Source: an uncultured Gammaproteobacteria bacterium (GTDB taxonomy: Bacteria; Pseudomonadota; Gammaproteobacteria; CAWJPQ01). Taken from it: a DNA stretch of 44,134 bases. The stretch is from the NCBI GenBank assembly GCA_964463055.1, contig CAYXAX010000003.1:1-44134 (forward strand), written 5' to 3'. Shown here in pieces: positions 27,342 to 36,919 of the stretch (its first letter is position 1; each line of letters begins with the position of its first letter). The notes under the pieces were generated by a model. It saw only the letters and a list, made by a program, of their open reading frames with translations, made no database searches and was not told the DNA's origin. A program made the translations under genes and the position numbers.

Positions 27342-28224
27342 ACCGCAGGACGATTACCGCATTGACAGACAGCGCGTGCGCGTCTCTTTCGAACGGGCGG
27401 CGCAGCGTTATGATGAGCACGCCGTACTGCAACACGAAGTGGGCCAGCGCATGCTTGAACGCCTCGAACTGATCCGCCTGCAGCCGCGGCGCATCGTCGA
27501 CATCGGTGCCGGGACAGGGCGCGCATCCGTGGCGCTGGCTCGACGTTACAGTAAATCACGGGTAGTCGCGGTGGACCTGGCGATGGCCATGCTGCATCGC
27601 GCACGACGCCGGCAACCGTTGCGGTTCACATGGCCGCGACGCTTTCACTATGTATGTGCCGACGCGCAGCATCTGCCCCTGGCGGATGACACCGTGGACT
27701 TGTTGTTCTCCAATCTCACCCTGCAGTGGTGCAACGACCTGGATCAGGCGTTACGGGAATTCCGCCGCGTCGCCGCACCCGGCGGCCTGGTGATGTTCTC
27801 CACATTTGGCCCCGACACCCTCATGGAGCTGCGGGAAAGCTGGCGTCAGGTGGATGGGTACACCCACGTTAATTTATTCATGGACATGCACGACATCGGC
27901 GACGCCATGGTACGGGGAGGGTTCGCCAACCCGGTCATGGACGTGGAACACTTCACCCTGACCTACCACGACGTGTTTCAACTGATGCGCGACCTGAAAA
28001 ACCTCGGTGCGCACAATGTCACCGCCGGGCGGCCGCGCAGCCTCACCGGCAAGCGCCACATGGCGGCGCTGGAACAGGCTTACCAGCAACACGTCCATGA
28101 AGGGCGCCTGCCCGCCACCTACGAAGTCATCTACGGTCATGCCTGGGTGCCGGAAGGCCCGCCGCCGCAACATGCGGAGGATGGCGTGGTCAGCATCCCC
28201 ATCGGTGACATCCGACGTCAATGA
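27331..28224 (+). CDS. bioC: Malonyl-ACP O-methyltransferase BioC
   Basis: FERAAQRYDEHAVLQHEV..., SAM motif VDIGAGTG and LQWC. The ATG at 27331 overlaps the bioH stop; the ORF-track start at 27274 lies inside bioH. Confidence 0.85.
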   Translation: MSTEPQDDYRIDRQRVRVSFERAAQRYDEHAVLQHEVGQRMLERLELIRLQPRRIVDIGAGTGRASVALARRYSKSRVVAVDLAMAMLHRARRRQPLRFTWPRRFHYVCADAQHLPLADDTVDLLFSNLTLQWCNDLDQALREFRRVAAPGGLVMFSTFGPDTLMELRESWRQVDGYTHVNLFMDMHDIGDAMVRGGFANPVMDVEHFTLTYHDVFQLMRDLKNLGAHNVTAGRPRSLTGKRHMAALEQAYQQHVHEGRLPATYEVIYGHAWVPEGPPPQHAEDGVVSIPIGDIRRQ

Positions 28225-28898
28225 AACGCGGCGTGTTCATTACCGGCACCGATACCGGCGTGGGCAAAACCTGGGTCAGCCTTGGAGTGATCACCGCTCT
28301 GCAGCGTCGCGGTTATCGTACCGGCGCCATGAAGCCGGTGGCCAGCGGCGCCCGACACACCCCGCAGGGGTTGCGCAACGAAGATGCGCAGCGCCTGCAG
28401 GCGGCGGCCGATGTGGCCATCGACTATGAACACCTCAATCCGGTGGCCCTGGTTCCGCCCATAGCACCTCACATCGCCGCTGTGCTGGCTGGTACGCCCA
28501 TCGACATCGCTGCCTTGACGGTTGCCTTCCGGGCCATCAGTACTCGCTGCGATCGGGTGGTGGTGGAGGGCATCGGCGGCTGGCGGGTGCCGCTAACCGA
28601 CACACACACCACGGCGGACCTGGCCAAAGCACTGGGCCTGCCGGTGATCCTGGTGGTGGGTCTGCGCCTTGGGTGTCTTAACCACGCCCTGCTGACGCGG
28701 GATGCCATACACCAAGACGGCTTGGATCTGTTGGGTTGGGTCGCCAACAAGATGGACCCCGACATGTCCCATATTCAGGAGAATATCCATGCCCTGGTGG
28801 AACGCATGGATGCCCCACTGCTCGGGGTAGTGCCCCATATGCAGCACTGCGATCACAACGCCATCGCGGGGTGTGTGGATGTGGGCGTGCTCGACTAA
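28221..28898 (+). CDS. bioD: Dethiobiotin synthase
   Basis: P-loop GTDTGVGKT, 225 aa, with ATGA overlap to bioC. Confidence 0.88.
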   Translation: MKRGVFITGTDTGVGKTWVSLGVITALQRRGYRTGAMKPVASGARHTPQGLRNEDAQRLQAAADVAIDYEHLNPVALVPPIAPHIAAVLAGTPIDIAALTVAFRAISTRCDRVVVEGIGGWRVPLTDTHTTADLAKALGLPVILVVGLRLGCLNHALLTRDAIHQDGLDLLGWVANKMDPDMSHIQENIHALVERMDAPLLGVVPHMQHCDHNAIAGCVDVGVLD

Positions 28899-28992
28899 GC
28901 GAGATACGGATGCAAGAGTTAAAGCGCAAGGCCTTCGCTTCGTCGTCGACGGCGCGGACCTTGTTCATTATTCTTCGGCACAGATCGGAGCA

Positions 28993-29024
28993 GAAACACC
29001 GCGTTGGTTACAACGCGGTGTTTC
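28993..29024. terminator. Hairpin between convergent bioD and rpoH (likely terminator)
   Basis: GAAACACCGCGTTG-GTTA-CAACGCGGTGTTTC, a 14-bp perfect stem. The minus-strand reading starts at the rpoH stop codon. Confidence 0.65.
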
Positions 29025-29877
29025 AAGTCTCCATGGCCAGCTTCAATTTCTTAATCGCGTTTTTTTCAAGCTGGCGGATGCGTTCCGCGGAGACCTGGTA
29101 TTCGTCAGCCAGCGCCTGCAGCGTGGGCTTTTCATCGGCCAGCCAGCGACGTTCCAGAATACTGCGGCTGCGTGGGTCCAGGCCATCCAGGGCGTGGTGC
29201 AGTTTGTCCGTTGTGTGGTCTTCCCAGTCCGCGTCTTCGAACTGCGCAGCGGGGTCGGCGCGACCGTCGGCCAGGTAGGCCGCCGGGGCGTATACATGAT
29301 CATCGTCCCCGTCGTTGGCCGCGTGGGCATCGAAGGCAACGTCCTGGCCGTTCATGCGCTTTTCCATCTCCATGACCGCCTCGGGGCTCACGCCCAGGTC
29401 CCTGGCCACGGTGTTGATCTCATCCTGGCTGAACCAACTGAGACGCTTTTTGGCGCTGCGGATATTAAAAAACAGCTTGCGCTGGGCCTTGGTGGTGGCA
29501 ACCTTGACCAGCCGCCAGTTGCGCAGAATAAATTCATGGATCTCGGCGCGGATCCAGTGCACGGCGAATGACACCAGGCGCACGTTCATATCCGGGTCGA
29601 AGCGTTTGACCGCCTTCATCAGACCAATGTTGCCTTCCTGAATCAGATCGGCCTGCGCCAATCCATAGCCGCTGTAGCCCCGGGCGATATGGGCCACGAA
29701 GCGCAGGTGTGACAGAACCAGCTGCCGCGCCGCATCCAAATCGTCTCCACTGCGATAGCGCAGCGCCAGCTCGCGCTCTTGTTCCGCGCTGAGCATGGGA
29801 ATATTCAATACGGCCTGGAGATAGCCTTCCAGGCTTCCGATCGGTCGTAACGCCAGATCCATACCCTTAGCCTTCAT
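29023..29877 (-). CDS. rpoH: RNA polymerase sigma-32 (heat shock sigma factor)
   Basis: RpoH box QRKLFFNIR and regions 2 and 4 ([18 protein letters not shown], ...[16 protein letters not shown]). Start chosen at [14 protein letters not shown], 5 nt after GGAGGAGG. The ORF-track start at 29946 is an extension. Confidence 0.9.
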   Translation of the reverse strand: MKAKGMDLALRPIGSLEGYLQAVLNIPMLSAEQERELALRYRSGDDLDAARQLVLSHLRFVAHIARGYSGYGLAQADLIQEGNIGLMKAVKRFDPDMNVRLVSFAVHWIRAEIHEFILRNWRLVKVATTKAQRKLFFNIRSAKKRLSWFSQDEINTVARDLGVSPEAVMEMEKRMNGQDVAFDAHAANDGDDDHVYAPAAYLADGRADPAAQFEDADWEDHTTDKLHHALDGLDPRSRSILERRWLADEKPTLQALADEYQVSAERIRQLEKNAIKKLKLAMET

Positions 29878-29917
29878 ATCTACCTCCTCCATATCGGCCC
29901 ATTTAGATCGATTTTTA

Positions 29918-29938
29918 GCACTCTTATCATAAGAGTGC
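29918..29938. promoter_or_regulatory. Perfect 10+1+10 palindrome in the rpoH leader/promoter region
   Basis: GCACTCTTAT-C-ATAAGAGTGC, 41-61 nt upstream of the rpoH ATG, overlapping the -10 of the candidate sigma-E promoter. Confidence 0.5.
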
Positions 29939-29957
29939 CAGGACACGGAAAAGTTCC
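29930..29957 (-). promoter_or_regulatory. Candidate sigma-E (RpoE)-type promoter for rpoH
   Basis: The minus strand reads GGAACTT-N16-TCTTA. The E. coli rpoH P3 type is GAACTT-N16-TCTGA. Confidence 0.45.
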
Positions 29958-30001
29958 TCTGCCGGTACCCCCTCCAATCCAGGGAGCATATATTTTTTAT
30001 A

Positions 30002-30029
30002 TTATATACAAACGGTTACAAACATCAAC
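30002..30029 (-). promoter_or_regulatory. Candidate sigma-70 promoter for rpoH
   Basis: The minus strand reads TTGATG-N16-TATAAT within an AT-rich block just downstream of the ftsX stop. Confidence 0.45.
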
Positions 30030-30035
30030 CGGCAA

Positions 30036-31067
30036 CTAGCTGGGCTCCACGGCACTGAGATGGCGTCCCACCGCCAGCCACGCCCCCAAAAAGCCCAGCA
30101 CGGTGGAAAACAGCAATATTGCAGCGGCCGCGCCAAAATTCAGGCCCTGCAGGCGTATGGCACCGCCATACACGAGGGACAGGTGCTGTATCGGCCCCTG
30201 GAGCAGCCACAGGCTCACGTTCACCAGCACACAGGCGGCAGCGCCGCCCAATAGCCCGTACCAGCAGCCATAATAGAGAAACGGCCTGCGTATAAAGGCA
30301 TTTGTCGCGCCAATGAGCTTTTTGACCTCGATCTCCTCGCGGCGGTTCTGAATGGCCATGCGTATGGTATTGCCCACGATCAGCAGTACCCCGATACCGA
30401 ACAGACCGGCCAGTATCAGCACGCCGCGTTTGGCGATATCCATCACCGCGTATAAGCGCTCAACCCACTGCATGTCCAGATTTGCCAGATCCACCTGTGG
30501 CAGTACGCGCAGGCGCTGCACCAAACCTTCGACAGCGCCGGGGCGGCTTTGATCCGCCTTGGGGTGCACCACCAGCACCGCCGGCAGGGGGTTGGACGGC
30601 AGCGCATTCAAGGCATCCCCGAAGCCGGAAAACTGGCGAAATTCCTCCATGGCCTGGCGGGGAGAGATATAGTCCACAGCGCCGATGCCATCAGTGTCCA
30701 GGAGACGACGGGCCAGCTGGCGGGCGGCGCCCTCCCCCACGTCCTGTTTCAGAAACAAAGAGATCTGTACCGTGCTGTTCCATCCCGCACTGACGTGCTG
30801 CACGTTTTTCAGCAACACATACATCCCCACCGGCAGTGCCAGCGTGATGCCGATCACGGCCAGGGTCATGAGGCTGGCCAGGGGCGTTTGCGTGATATAG
30901 CCCAGGCTGTGCCCGATGCACCTCCAGTGATGGACGAAATAACTGCCCAGGGAAACAGACGACGTGCGCCGCTCCCGGCGGCTCACCTGGGAGCGCTTGG
31001 CGGGTGTCTGGAGTTGAGCCTGGGGCCGGCGTTGGATTTTCCGCGCGGCGGATGTCCGGTATCTCAT
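30036..31067 (-). CDS. ftsX: Cell division ABC transporter permease FtsX
   Basis: 343 aa with a basic N-terminal tail, TM1, a periplasmic domain and three C-terminal helices. ATGA overlap with ftsE. Confidence 0.88.
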   Translation of the reverse strand: MRYRTSAARKIQRRPQAQLQTPAKRSQVSRRERRTSSVSLGSYFVHHWRCIGHSLGYITQTPLASLMTLAVIGITLALPVGMYVLLKNVQHVSAGWNSTVQISLFLKQDVGEGAARQLARRLLDTDGIGAVDYISPRQAMEEFRQFSGFGDALNALPSNPLPAVLVVHPKADQSRPGAVEGLVQRLRVLPQVDLANLDMQWVERLYAVMDIAKRGVLILAGLFGIGVLLIVGNTIRMAIQNRREEIEVKKLIGATNAFIRRPFLYYGCWYGLLGGAAACVLVNVSLWLLQGPIQHLSLVYGGAIRLQGLNFGAAAAILLFSTVLGFLGAWLAVGRHLSAVEPS

Positions 31068-31744
31068 GCCAGCGCCTCGGCATGGCTGTCGGCGATGAGA
31101 CGTCCCTGTCGCAGGGTAAGGATGCGGTGGTCGAGGCTGTTGATCAGCTCGATATCGTGGGTGGCGATAAGGGCGGTGACGCCCACCTGTTGGAATTGCT
31201 CGAACAGATGCATGATTTCCCGCGACAGATCCGGATCCAGGTTGCCGGTGGGCTCGTCGGCCAGCAATACCGGCGGCTTGTTGACCACCGCGCGGGCGAT
31301 GCCGACCCGCTGCTGTTCGCCGCCGGACAATACGACGGGGTACATCTTTTCCTTGGCCAGCAGGCCGACTTTGTCGAGGGCCGCCCGTACCCGGCGCGCC
31401 ACTTCCTTGGGACGGTACAGACCGGCAATATTGAGCGGCAGGGCGACGTTATCAAACACCGTACAGTCGCTGAGCAGTTGGTAATTCTGAAAGATGATGC
31501 CGATATCGCGGCGGTGATAGGGGATGCTGCGGCGGCTCATGCGCGCCAGGTTGCGGTTATTGATCATGATCTGCCCAAAGGACGGGCGCTCGATGAGCGC
31601 CATCAGCTTCAACAGAGTACTCTTGCCGGCCCCTGAGTGGCCGGTGAGAAATACGATCTCGCCCGGGTCGATGTGAAAGCTGATGGCGCTCAGCGCCTCG
31701 TGTCCGCTGGGGTAACGCTTACCCACCTGACTGAACTGAATCAT
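31064..31744 (-). CDS. ftsE: Cell division ABC transporter ATPase FtsE
   Basis: Start at [11 protein letters not shown]. Walker [10 protein letters not shown], signature LSGGEQQRV and Walker B VLLADEPT. Confidence 0.9.
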   Translation of the reverse strand: MIQFSQVGKRYPSGHEALSAISFHIDPGEIVFLTGHSGAGKSTLLKLMALIERPSFGQIMINNRNLARMSRRSIPYHRRDIGIIFQNYQLLSDCTVFDNVALPLNIAGLYRPKEVARRVRAALDKVGLLAKEKMYPVVLSGGEQQRVGIARAVVNKPPVLLADEPTGNLDPDLSREIMHLFEQFQQVGVTALIATHDIELINSLDHRILTLRQGRLIADSHAEALA

Positions 31745-31804
31745 ACCATCACGCCCGGTCCGCCACTCCGCTCTGTTGTCCACCGCCACATACGGCCGGC
31801 GTGA

Positions 31805-32806
31805 TCATTCGTCCCCCGCCCCGGCCGCTACTTCCTCATCATCGAAGAGCGCCTCGATAAACTCCCGGGCGTGGAATTCACGCAGATCCTCGATGCCCTC
31901 ACCCACGCCGATAAAGCGGATCGGGATACCGAGCCGTTTGGCCACTGACAGCAGCACGCCGCCCTTGGCGGTACCATCCAGCTTGGTCACGGTGATTCCC
32001 GTCACCCCTACCGCCTCGTGGAATTCCAATGCCTGATTCACGGCATTCTGACCGATGCCCGCATCCAGGACCAGCATGACCTCATGGGGTGCGGTGGGAT
32101 CAAGCTTGCTGATTACACGCCTGATCTTTTTCAATTCCTCCATGAGATTCTTTTGCGTATGCAACCGGCCGGCGGTATCGGCGATCAATATGTCCTTGCC
32201 GCGCGCCTTGGCCGACTGCAGTGCGTCGTAGATCACCGAGGCGGGATCGGCCGACTGGCCCTGTGACACCACGGGGATGTCGTTGCGCTCCCCCCAGGTC
32301 ATGAGCTGTTCCACCGCCGCGGCACGAAAGGTGTCGCCGGCGGCGAGCATCACCGAGTGCCCCTGATCCTGCAGCCGCTTGGCCAGTTTACCGATGGTGG
32401 TGGTCTTGCCAGAGCCGTTGATGCCCACCATCAGGATGACGAACGGCGTATCGCGGCGGATGATCTCCAACATCGCCTCACAGGGCTGAAGCTGGGCGAC
32501 CATGTCATCGCGCAGGACCTCGAAGACCTGACCGGCACTCTCCAGGCGTTTGCCGCGCACGCGGGCGGTCAAATCGGCGATCAGAGAAGTGGTTGCCTCC
32601 ACACCCACGTCGGAGGACAACAGCAGTGTCTCGATTTCTTCCAACAGCGCGTCATCCACCACCGTGCTGCGGCGCAGCAACTGGGCGAGGCCCTTGCCCA
32701 ATCCCTCACGGGTGCGCCACAAGCGTTCCCGCAAGCGACGCAGAACGCCGCCTTGTGGCGGCTGCACTTCAGTCGTGGATTTATTCTTTCTGAAGCCGAA
32801 CACCAT
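31805..32806 (-). CDS. ftsY: Signal recognition particle receptor FtsY
   Basis: SRP-GTPase motifs GINGSGKTTTIGKLA, DTAGR and TKLDGTAKGG. Short N-terminal region. Confidence 0.9.
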   Translation of the reverse strand: MVFGFRKNKSTTEVQPPQGGVLRRLRERLWRTREGLGKGLAQLLRRSTVVDDALLEEIETLLLSSDVGVEATTSLIADLTARVRGKRLESAGQVFEVLRDDMVAQLQPCEAMLEIIRRDTPFVILMVGINGSGKTTTIGKLAKRLQDQGHSVMLAAGDTFRAAAVEQLMTWGERNDIPVVSQGQSADPASVIYDALQSAKARGKDILIADTAGRLHTQKNLMEELKKIRRVISKLDPTAPHEVMLVLDAGIGQNAVNQALEFHEAVGVTGITVTKLDGTAKGGVLLSVAKRLGIPIRFIGVGEGIEDLREFHAREFIEALFDDEEVAAGAGDE

Positions 32807-32968
32807 AGGCTAACTCTGATATACAGACGCAGCCCAGAAAATACCCAAGGGCATCAGGGTTTCACGACGTTGTGCCGGTTCCATGGTTGCGCGATAGATC
32901 ATCGGGATGTGATAGGCTATCCTACCATTTACTGGCCACGCAGGGTAAGTAATCCCGGAGATCGCTAC

Positions 32969-34336
32969 ATGACACATGCGTTACCTCGCATTCTGGGTGC
33001 CGTTTGCCTGTCCTTGTCCCTGATGTCCGCCACTGTGGCCCAAGCCGCGGCGGCGACCCACGAGTACAAGCTGAAGAACGGCATGAAAGTAATCGTGAAA
33101 GAGGATCACCGCGCGCCGGTGGTCGTCTCTCAGGTATGGTACAAGGTCGGCAGCAGTTACGAGAACGACGGCATTACCGGCATTTCCCACATGCTGGAAC
33201 ACATGATGTTCAAGGGCACCAAAAAGCACCCCGCCGGCGAGTTCTCACGCATCATCGCCGCCAACGGCGGACAGGAGAATGCGTTTACAGGGCGCGACTA
33301 CACCGCGTATTTCCAGAGCCTGGAAAAGAGCCGCCTGAAGATCAGCTTCGAGCTGGAGGCTGACCGCATGCACAACCTGCTGCTGCCAGATGCGGAGTTC
33401 AAGAAAGAGCGCCAGGTGGTGGCCGAAGAACGCCGGCTACGCACCGAGGACAATCCCCAGGCCCTGACCAGCGAACAATTCCACGCGGCGGCCTTCACCA
33501 CCGGCCCCTACCATCACCCGGTCATCGGTTGGATGGACGATATCGCGCATTACACCGACGCCGATGTCAGGGCCTGGTACCGTAAGTGGTATGCACCCAA
33601 CAATGCCACCCTGGTGGTGGTGGGTGATGTGGATCCGCAGCACGTCCTGGCTCTGGCAAAGAAGTATTTCGGACCCGTCAAACCCCACGCCATCCCCACG
33701 CTCAAGCCCCGCCACGACATAGCGCAGACAGGCCCGCGCGAAATCACCGTCAAGGCCCCGGCCGAACTGCCCTATCTGGTCATGGGCTACAAGGTGCCGG
33801 TATTGCGCACCGCAAAGCAGCAGTGGGAACCCTATGCCCTGGATGTCCTGTCCGGCATACTGGATGGCGGTGACAGCGCGCGCCTGACCAGGAACCTGAT
33901 CCGCGGCAGCCAGGTCGCCGCCAGCGCCAGTGCCGGTTATGACATCTATGAGCGCTACAACTCTCTGCTGGAGCTGGACGGTACACCCGCCCCGGGACAT
34001 ACCATCAAGGAACTCAGACAGGCTCTGGAAAAGCAGGTCAGGCAATTGCGGGATGCACCGGTAACCGCCCAGGAACTGGAGCGCGTCAAAGCACAGGTGG
34101 TAGCCAGCAAGGTCTACCAGCAGGACTCTGTGTTCTATCAGGCCATGCAGATCGGCATGCTTGAGACCGTGGGGCTGGACTGGCACTTGGCCGATGAGTA
34201 CGTGGACCGTATCCGCGCCATCACACCCGAACAGGTACAGAAGGTCGCGCAGAAGTATTTGACGGGCGATCACCTGACCGTCGCCGTGCTGCGGCCGCAA
34301 CCCATGGATTCCAGACAACCCCCGCATCAGGATTGA
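32969..34336 (+). CDS. M16 (insulinase/pitrilysin) family zinc peptidase, secreted, active-site subunit
   Basis: Signal peptide MTHALPRILGAVCLSLSLMSATVAQA and the inverted zinc motif HMLEHMMFKG (HxxEH). GGAG lies upstream of the ATG at 32969. The ORF-track start at 32357 lies antisense to ftsY. Confidence 0.85.
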   Translation: MTHALPRILGAVCLSLSLMSATVAQAAAATHEYKLKNGMKVIVKEDHRAPVVVSQVWYKVGSSYENDGITGISHMLEHMMFKGTKKHPAGEFSRIIAANGGQENAFTGRDYTAYFQSLEKSRLKISFELEADRMHNLLLPDAEFKKERQVVAEERRLRTEDNPQALTSEQFHAAAFTTGPYHHPVIGWMDDIAHYTDADVRAWYRKWYAPNNATLVVVGDVDPQHVLALAKKYFGPVKPHAIPTLKPRHDIAQTGPREITVKAPAELPYLVMGYKVPVLRTAKQQWEPYALDVLSGILDGGDSARLTRNLIRGSQVAASASAGYDIYERYNSLLELDGTPAPGHTIKELRQALEKQVRQLRDAPVTAQELERVKAQVVASKVYQQDSVFYQAMQIGMLETVGLDWHLADEYVDRIRAITPEQVQKVAQKYLTGDHLTVAVLRPQPMDSRQPPHQD

Positions 34337-34341
34337 CGCTT

Positions 34342-35712
34342 ATGCCCGCTTGCAGACATCCATTCATGACACCGCACCGGCCCTCGTTGTCCCGTGCGGC
34401 CGTTACCGTGGCGGCATTCGCCCTGTATACCCTGGTATCCAGTACGGCATGGGCCGTGCCGGTTATTCAACACTGGCAGACAGCCAACGGCGTACGCGTC
34501 CTGTTCGTCGAAACCCATGAACTGCCCATGGTGGATATACAAGTTGTATTCGATGCCGGCAGTGCCCGTGACGGAGGCATGCCCGGCGTGGCGAACCTGA
34601 CCAGCGATCTGTTGAATGAAGGCGCCGGAGACCTGAGTGCGGATCAGATAGCGGACCGCTTCGAAGGCGCGGGCGCGCAGTTCAGCGCCAATACAGACCG
34701 GGATACCACCACGGTGAGCCTGCGCAGCCTGTCCGACGCGAAGCTGTTGAAAACAGCCGTGGACACACTGACACAGGTCCTGCAGTCACCCTCGTTCCCC
34801 AAAAATGCCTTCGAGCGTGAACGCAAACGCATGCTGGTGGATCTGCAGCAGGAACAGGAGTCCCCCGGCGACATCGCAAATAACAAGTTCTATGCCGTCC
34901 TCTACGGCAAACACCCCTACGCGGGTGATCCACTGGGCACGCCGGATTCACTCAAGGCGCTGAACCGCGACGATGTGGCGTCTTTTCACCACCATTACTA
35001 TGTGGCCGACAATGCCTTTGTCATCATCGTCGGCGACCTGGATAAATCCGCAGCGCAAAAACTCGCTGACGCCATGATGGCCAAGCTGCCGAAAGGCCAG
35101 CACGCCGCACCGCTTCCCCAAGCCCCGTCACTGGACAAGAGTGAAACCGTGATGGTCCCCCACCCCTCGACGCAGACTCACGTGCTGTCGGGCCAGGTGG
35201 GCATTACCCGTAAGGACCCGGAATTCTTCGCCCTGTACGTCGGCAACCATGTCCTTGGTGGCAACGGCCTGGTGTCGCGGCTCGCCGAGGAGATCCGGGA
35301 AAAGCGCGGCCTGTCCTACAGCACCTATAGCTACTTCCTGCCCCTGGCAGCCAAGGGTCCGTTCATCATCGGGCTGCAGACCCGCAACACCGAGGTCAAA
35401 CAGGCCATTGACGTAATGAACAAGACCCTGACCAAATACGTCGCAGAAGGTCCCACGGCGGAAGAACTGAAGGAGGCCAAACAGAACATTACCGGAGGCT
35501 TTCCGCTGCGCATCGACAGCAATCGCAAGATTGCCGACTACCTGGCGTTCATCGGCTTCTATGACCTGCCCCTGGACTACCTGAATACCTTCAACGATCA
35601 CGTGGAACAGGTCACCGCAGCGGACATTCGCAGCGCATTCAAACAACATGTGCATCCAGACAAACGCCTGACAGTGGTCGTTGGCGGTGGCGCCGACGCC
35701 GCGGGCAAGTGA
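34342..35712 (+). CDS. M16 family peptidase-like protein lacking HxxEH (probable non-catalytic partner)
   Basis: M16 fold signatures but no HxxEH motif, plus a signal-like N-terminus. Start is ambiguous (TTG 34333, ATG 34342, ATG 34366). Confidence 0.8.
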   Translation: MPACRHPFMTPHRPSLSRAAVTVAAFALYTLVSSTAWAVPVIQHWQTANGVRVLFVETHELPMVDIQVVFDAGSARDGGMPGVANLTSDLLNEGAGDLSADQIADRFEGAGAQFSANTDRDTTTVSLRSLSDAKLLKTAVDTLTQVLQSPSFPKNAFERERKRMLVDLQQEQESPGDIANNKFYAVLYGKHPYAGDPLGTPDSLKALNRDDVASFHHHYYVADNAFVIIVGDLDKSAAQKLADAMMAKLPKGQHAAPLPQAPSLDKSETVMVPHPSTQTHVLSGQVGITRKDPEFFALYVGNHVLGGNGLVSRLAEEIREKRGLSYSTYSYFLPLAAKGPFIIGLQTRNTEVKQAIDVMNKTLTKYVAEGPTAEELKEAKQNITGGFPLRIDSNRKIADYLAFIGFYDLPLDYLNTFNDHVEQVTAADIRSAFKQHVHPDKRLTVVVGGGADAAGK

Positions 35713-36287
35713 GCAACCACAGCCACACCGGGCAGCTGCGCATCATCGGGGGTAAATGGCGTCACAGGAAGGTGACCTTCCCCGCCGTGGAGGGACTGCG
35801 TCCGACACCGGACCGGATCCGCGAAACGCTGTTCAACTGGCTGACGCCGTTCATCGAGGGTGCGCGCTGCCTGGATCTGTTTGCCGGCAGCGGCGCACTG
35901 GGCATGGAGGCCTTGTCCCGCGGGGCAGGCACGGTGGTCATGGTGGAGCACAATGGACTGTTGATCAGCCATATCCGCGGCCAACTGGAAATGCTGGGCG
36001 CGGCACCAATGCAAACCCAACTGGTTCAAAGTGACGCACTGTCCTATCTACGGGGTCAGGCGCAGCCCTTCGATATCGTGTTCGTGGACGCGCCGTTCCA
36101 AAGCGAATTGCTTACGTCAAGCTGTCGTCTACTGGACAACGCGGCGTGGCTCCTGCCCGGCGCAAGGATATATCTGGAGACTTCCACGCATGCAATGCCG
36201 CTGGAAATACCGGCGCGTTGGCACATGTTGAAACACAAGCGGGCCGGGCAGGTGGATTATTATCTGGCGGGTATGGAAGGGCATTGA
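35709..36287 (+). CDS. rsmD: 16S rRNA (guanine966-N2)-methyltransferase
   Basis: Motifs DLFAGSGALGMEALSRGA and FVDAPF. GTG start overlaps the preceding stop. Confidence 0.85.
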   Translation: MSNHSHTGQLRIIGGKWRHRKVTFPAVEGLRPTPDRIRETLFNWLTPFIEGARCLDLFAGSGALGMEALSRGAGTVVMVEHNGLLISHIRGQLEMLGAAPMQTQLVQSDALSYLRGQAQPFDIVFVDAPFQSELLTSSCRLLDNAAWLLPGARIYLETSTHAMPLEIPARWHMLKHKRAGQVDYYLAGMEGH

Positions 36288-36860
<573 letters not shown>

Positions 36861-36919
36861 ACCATCCGTCGAATCACACGCGCCGTATCGGCGTACAGCC
36901 ATGGATACGTGACATCATC

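Noticed and set aside
32357-32968. N-terminal 204-aa extension of the M16 peptidase ORF
   Set aside because: It lies antisense to ftsY. The M16 protein has a proper RBS, ATG and signal peptide at 32969.
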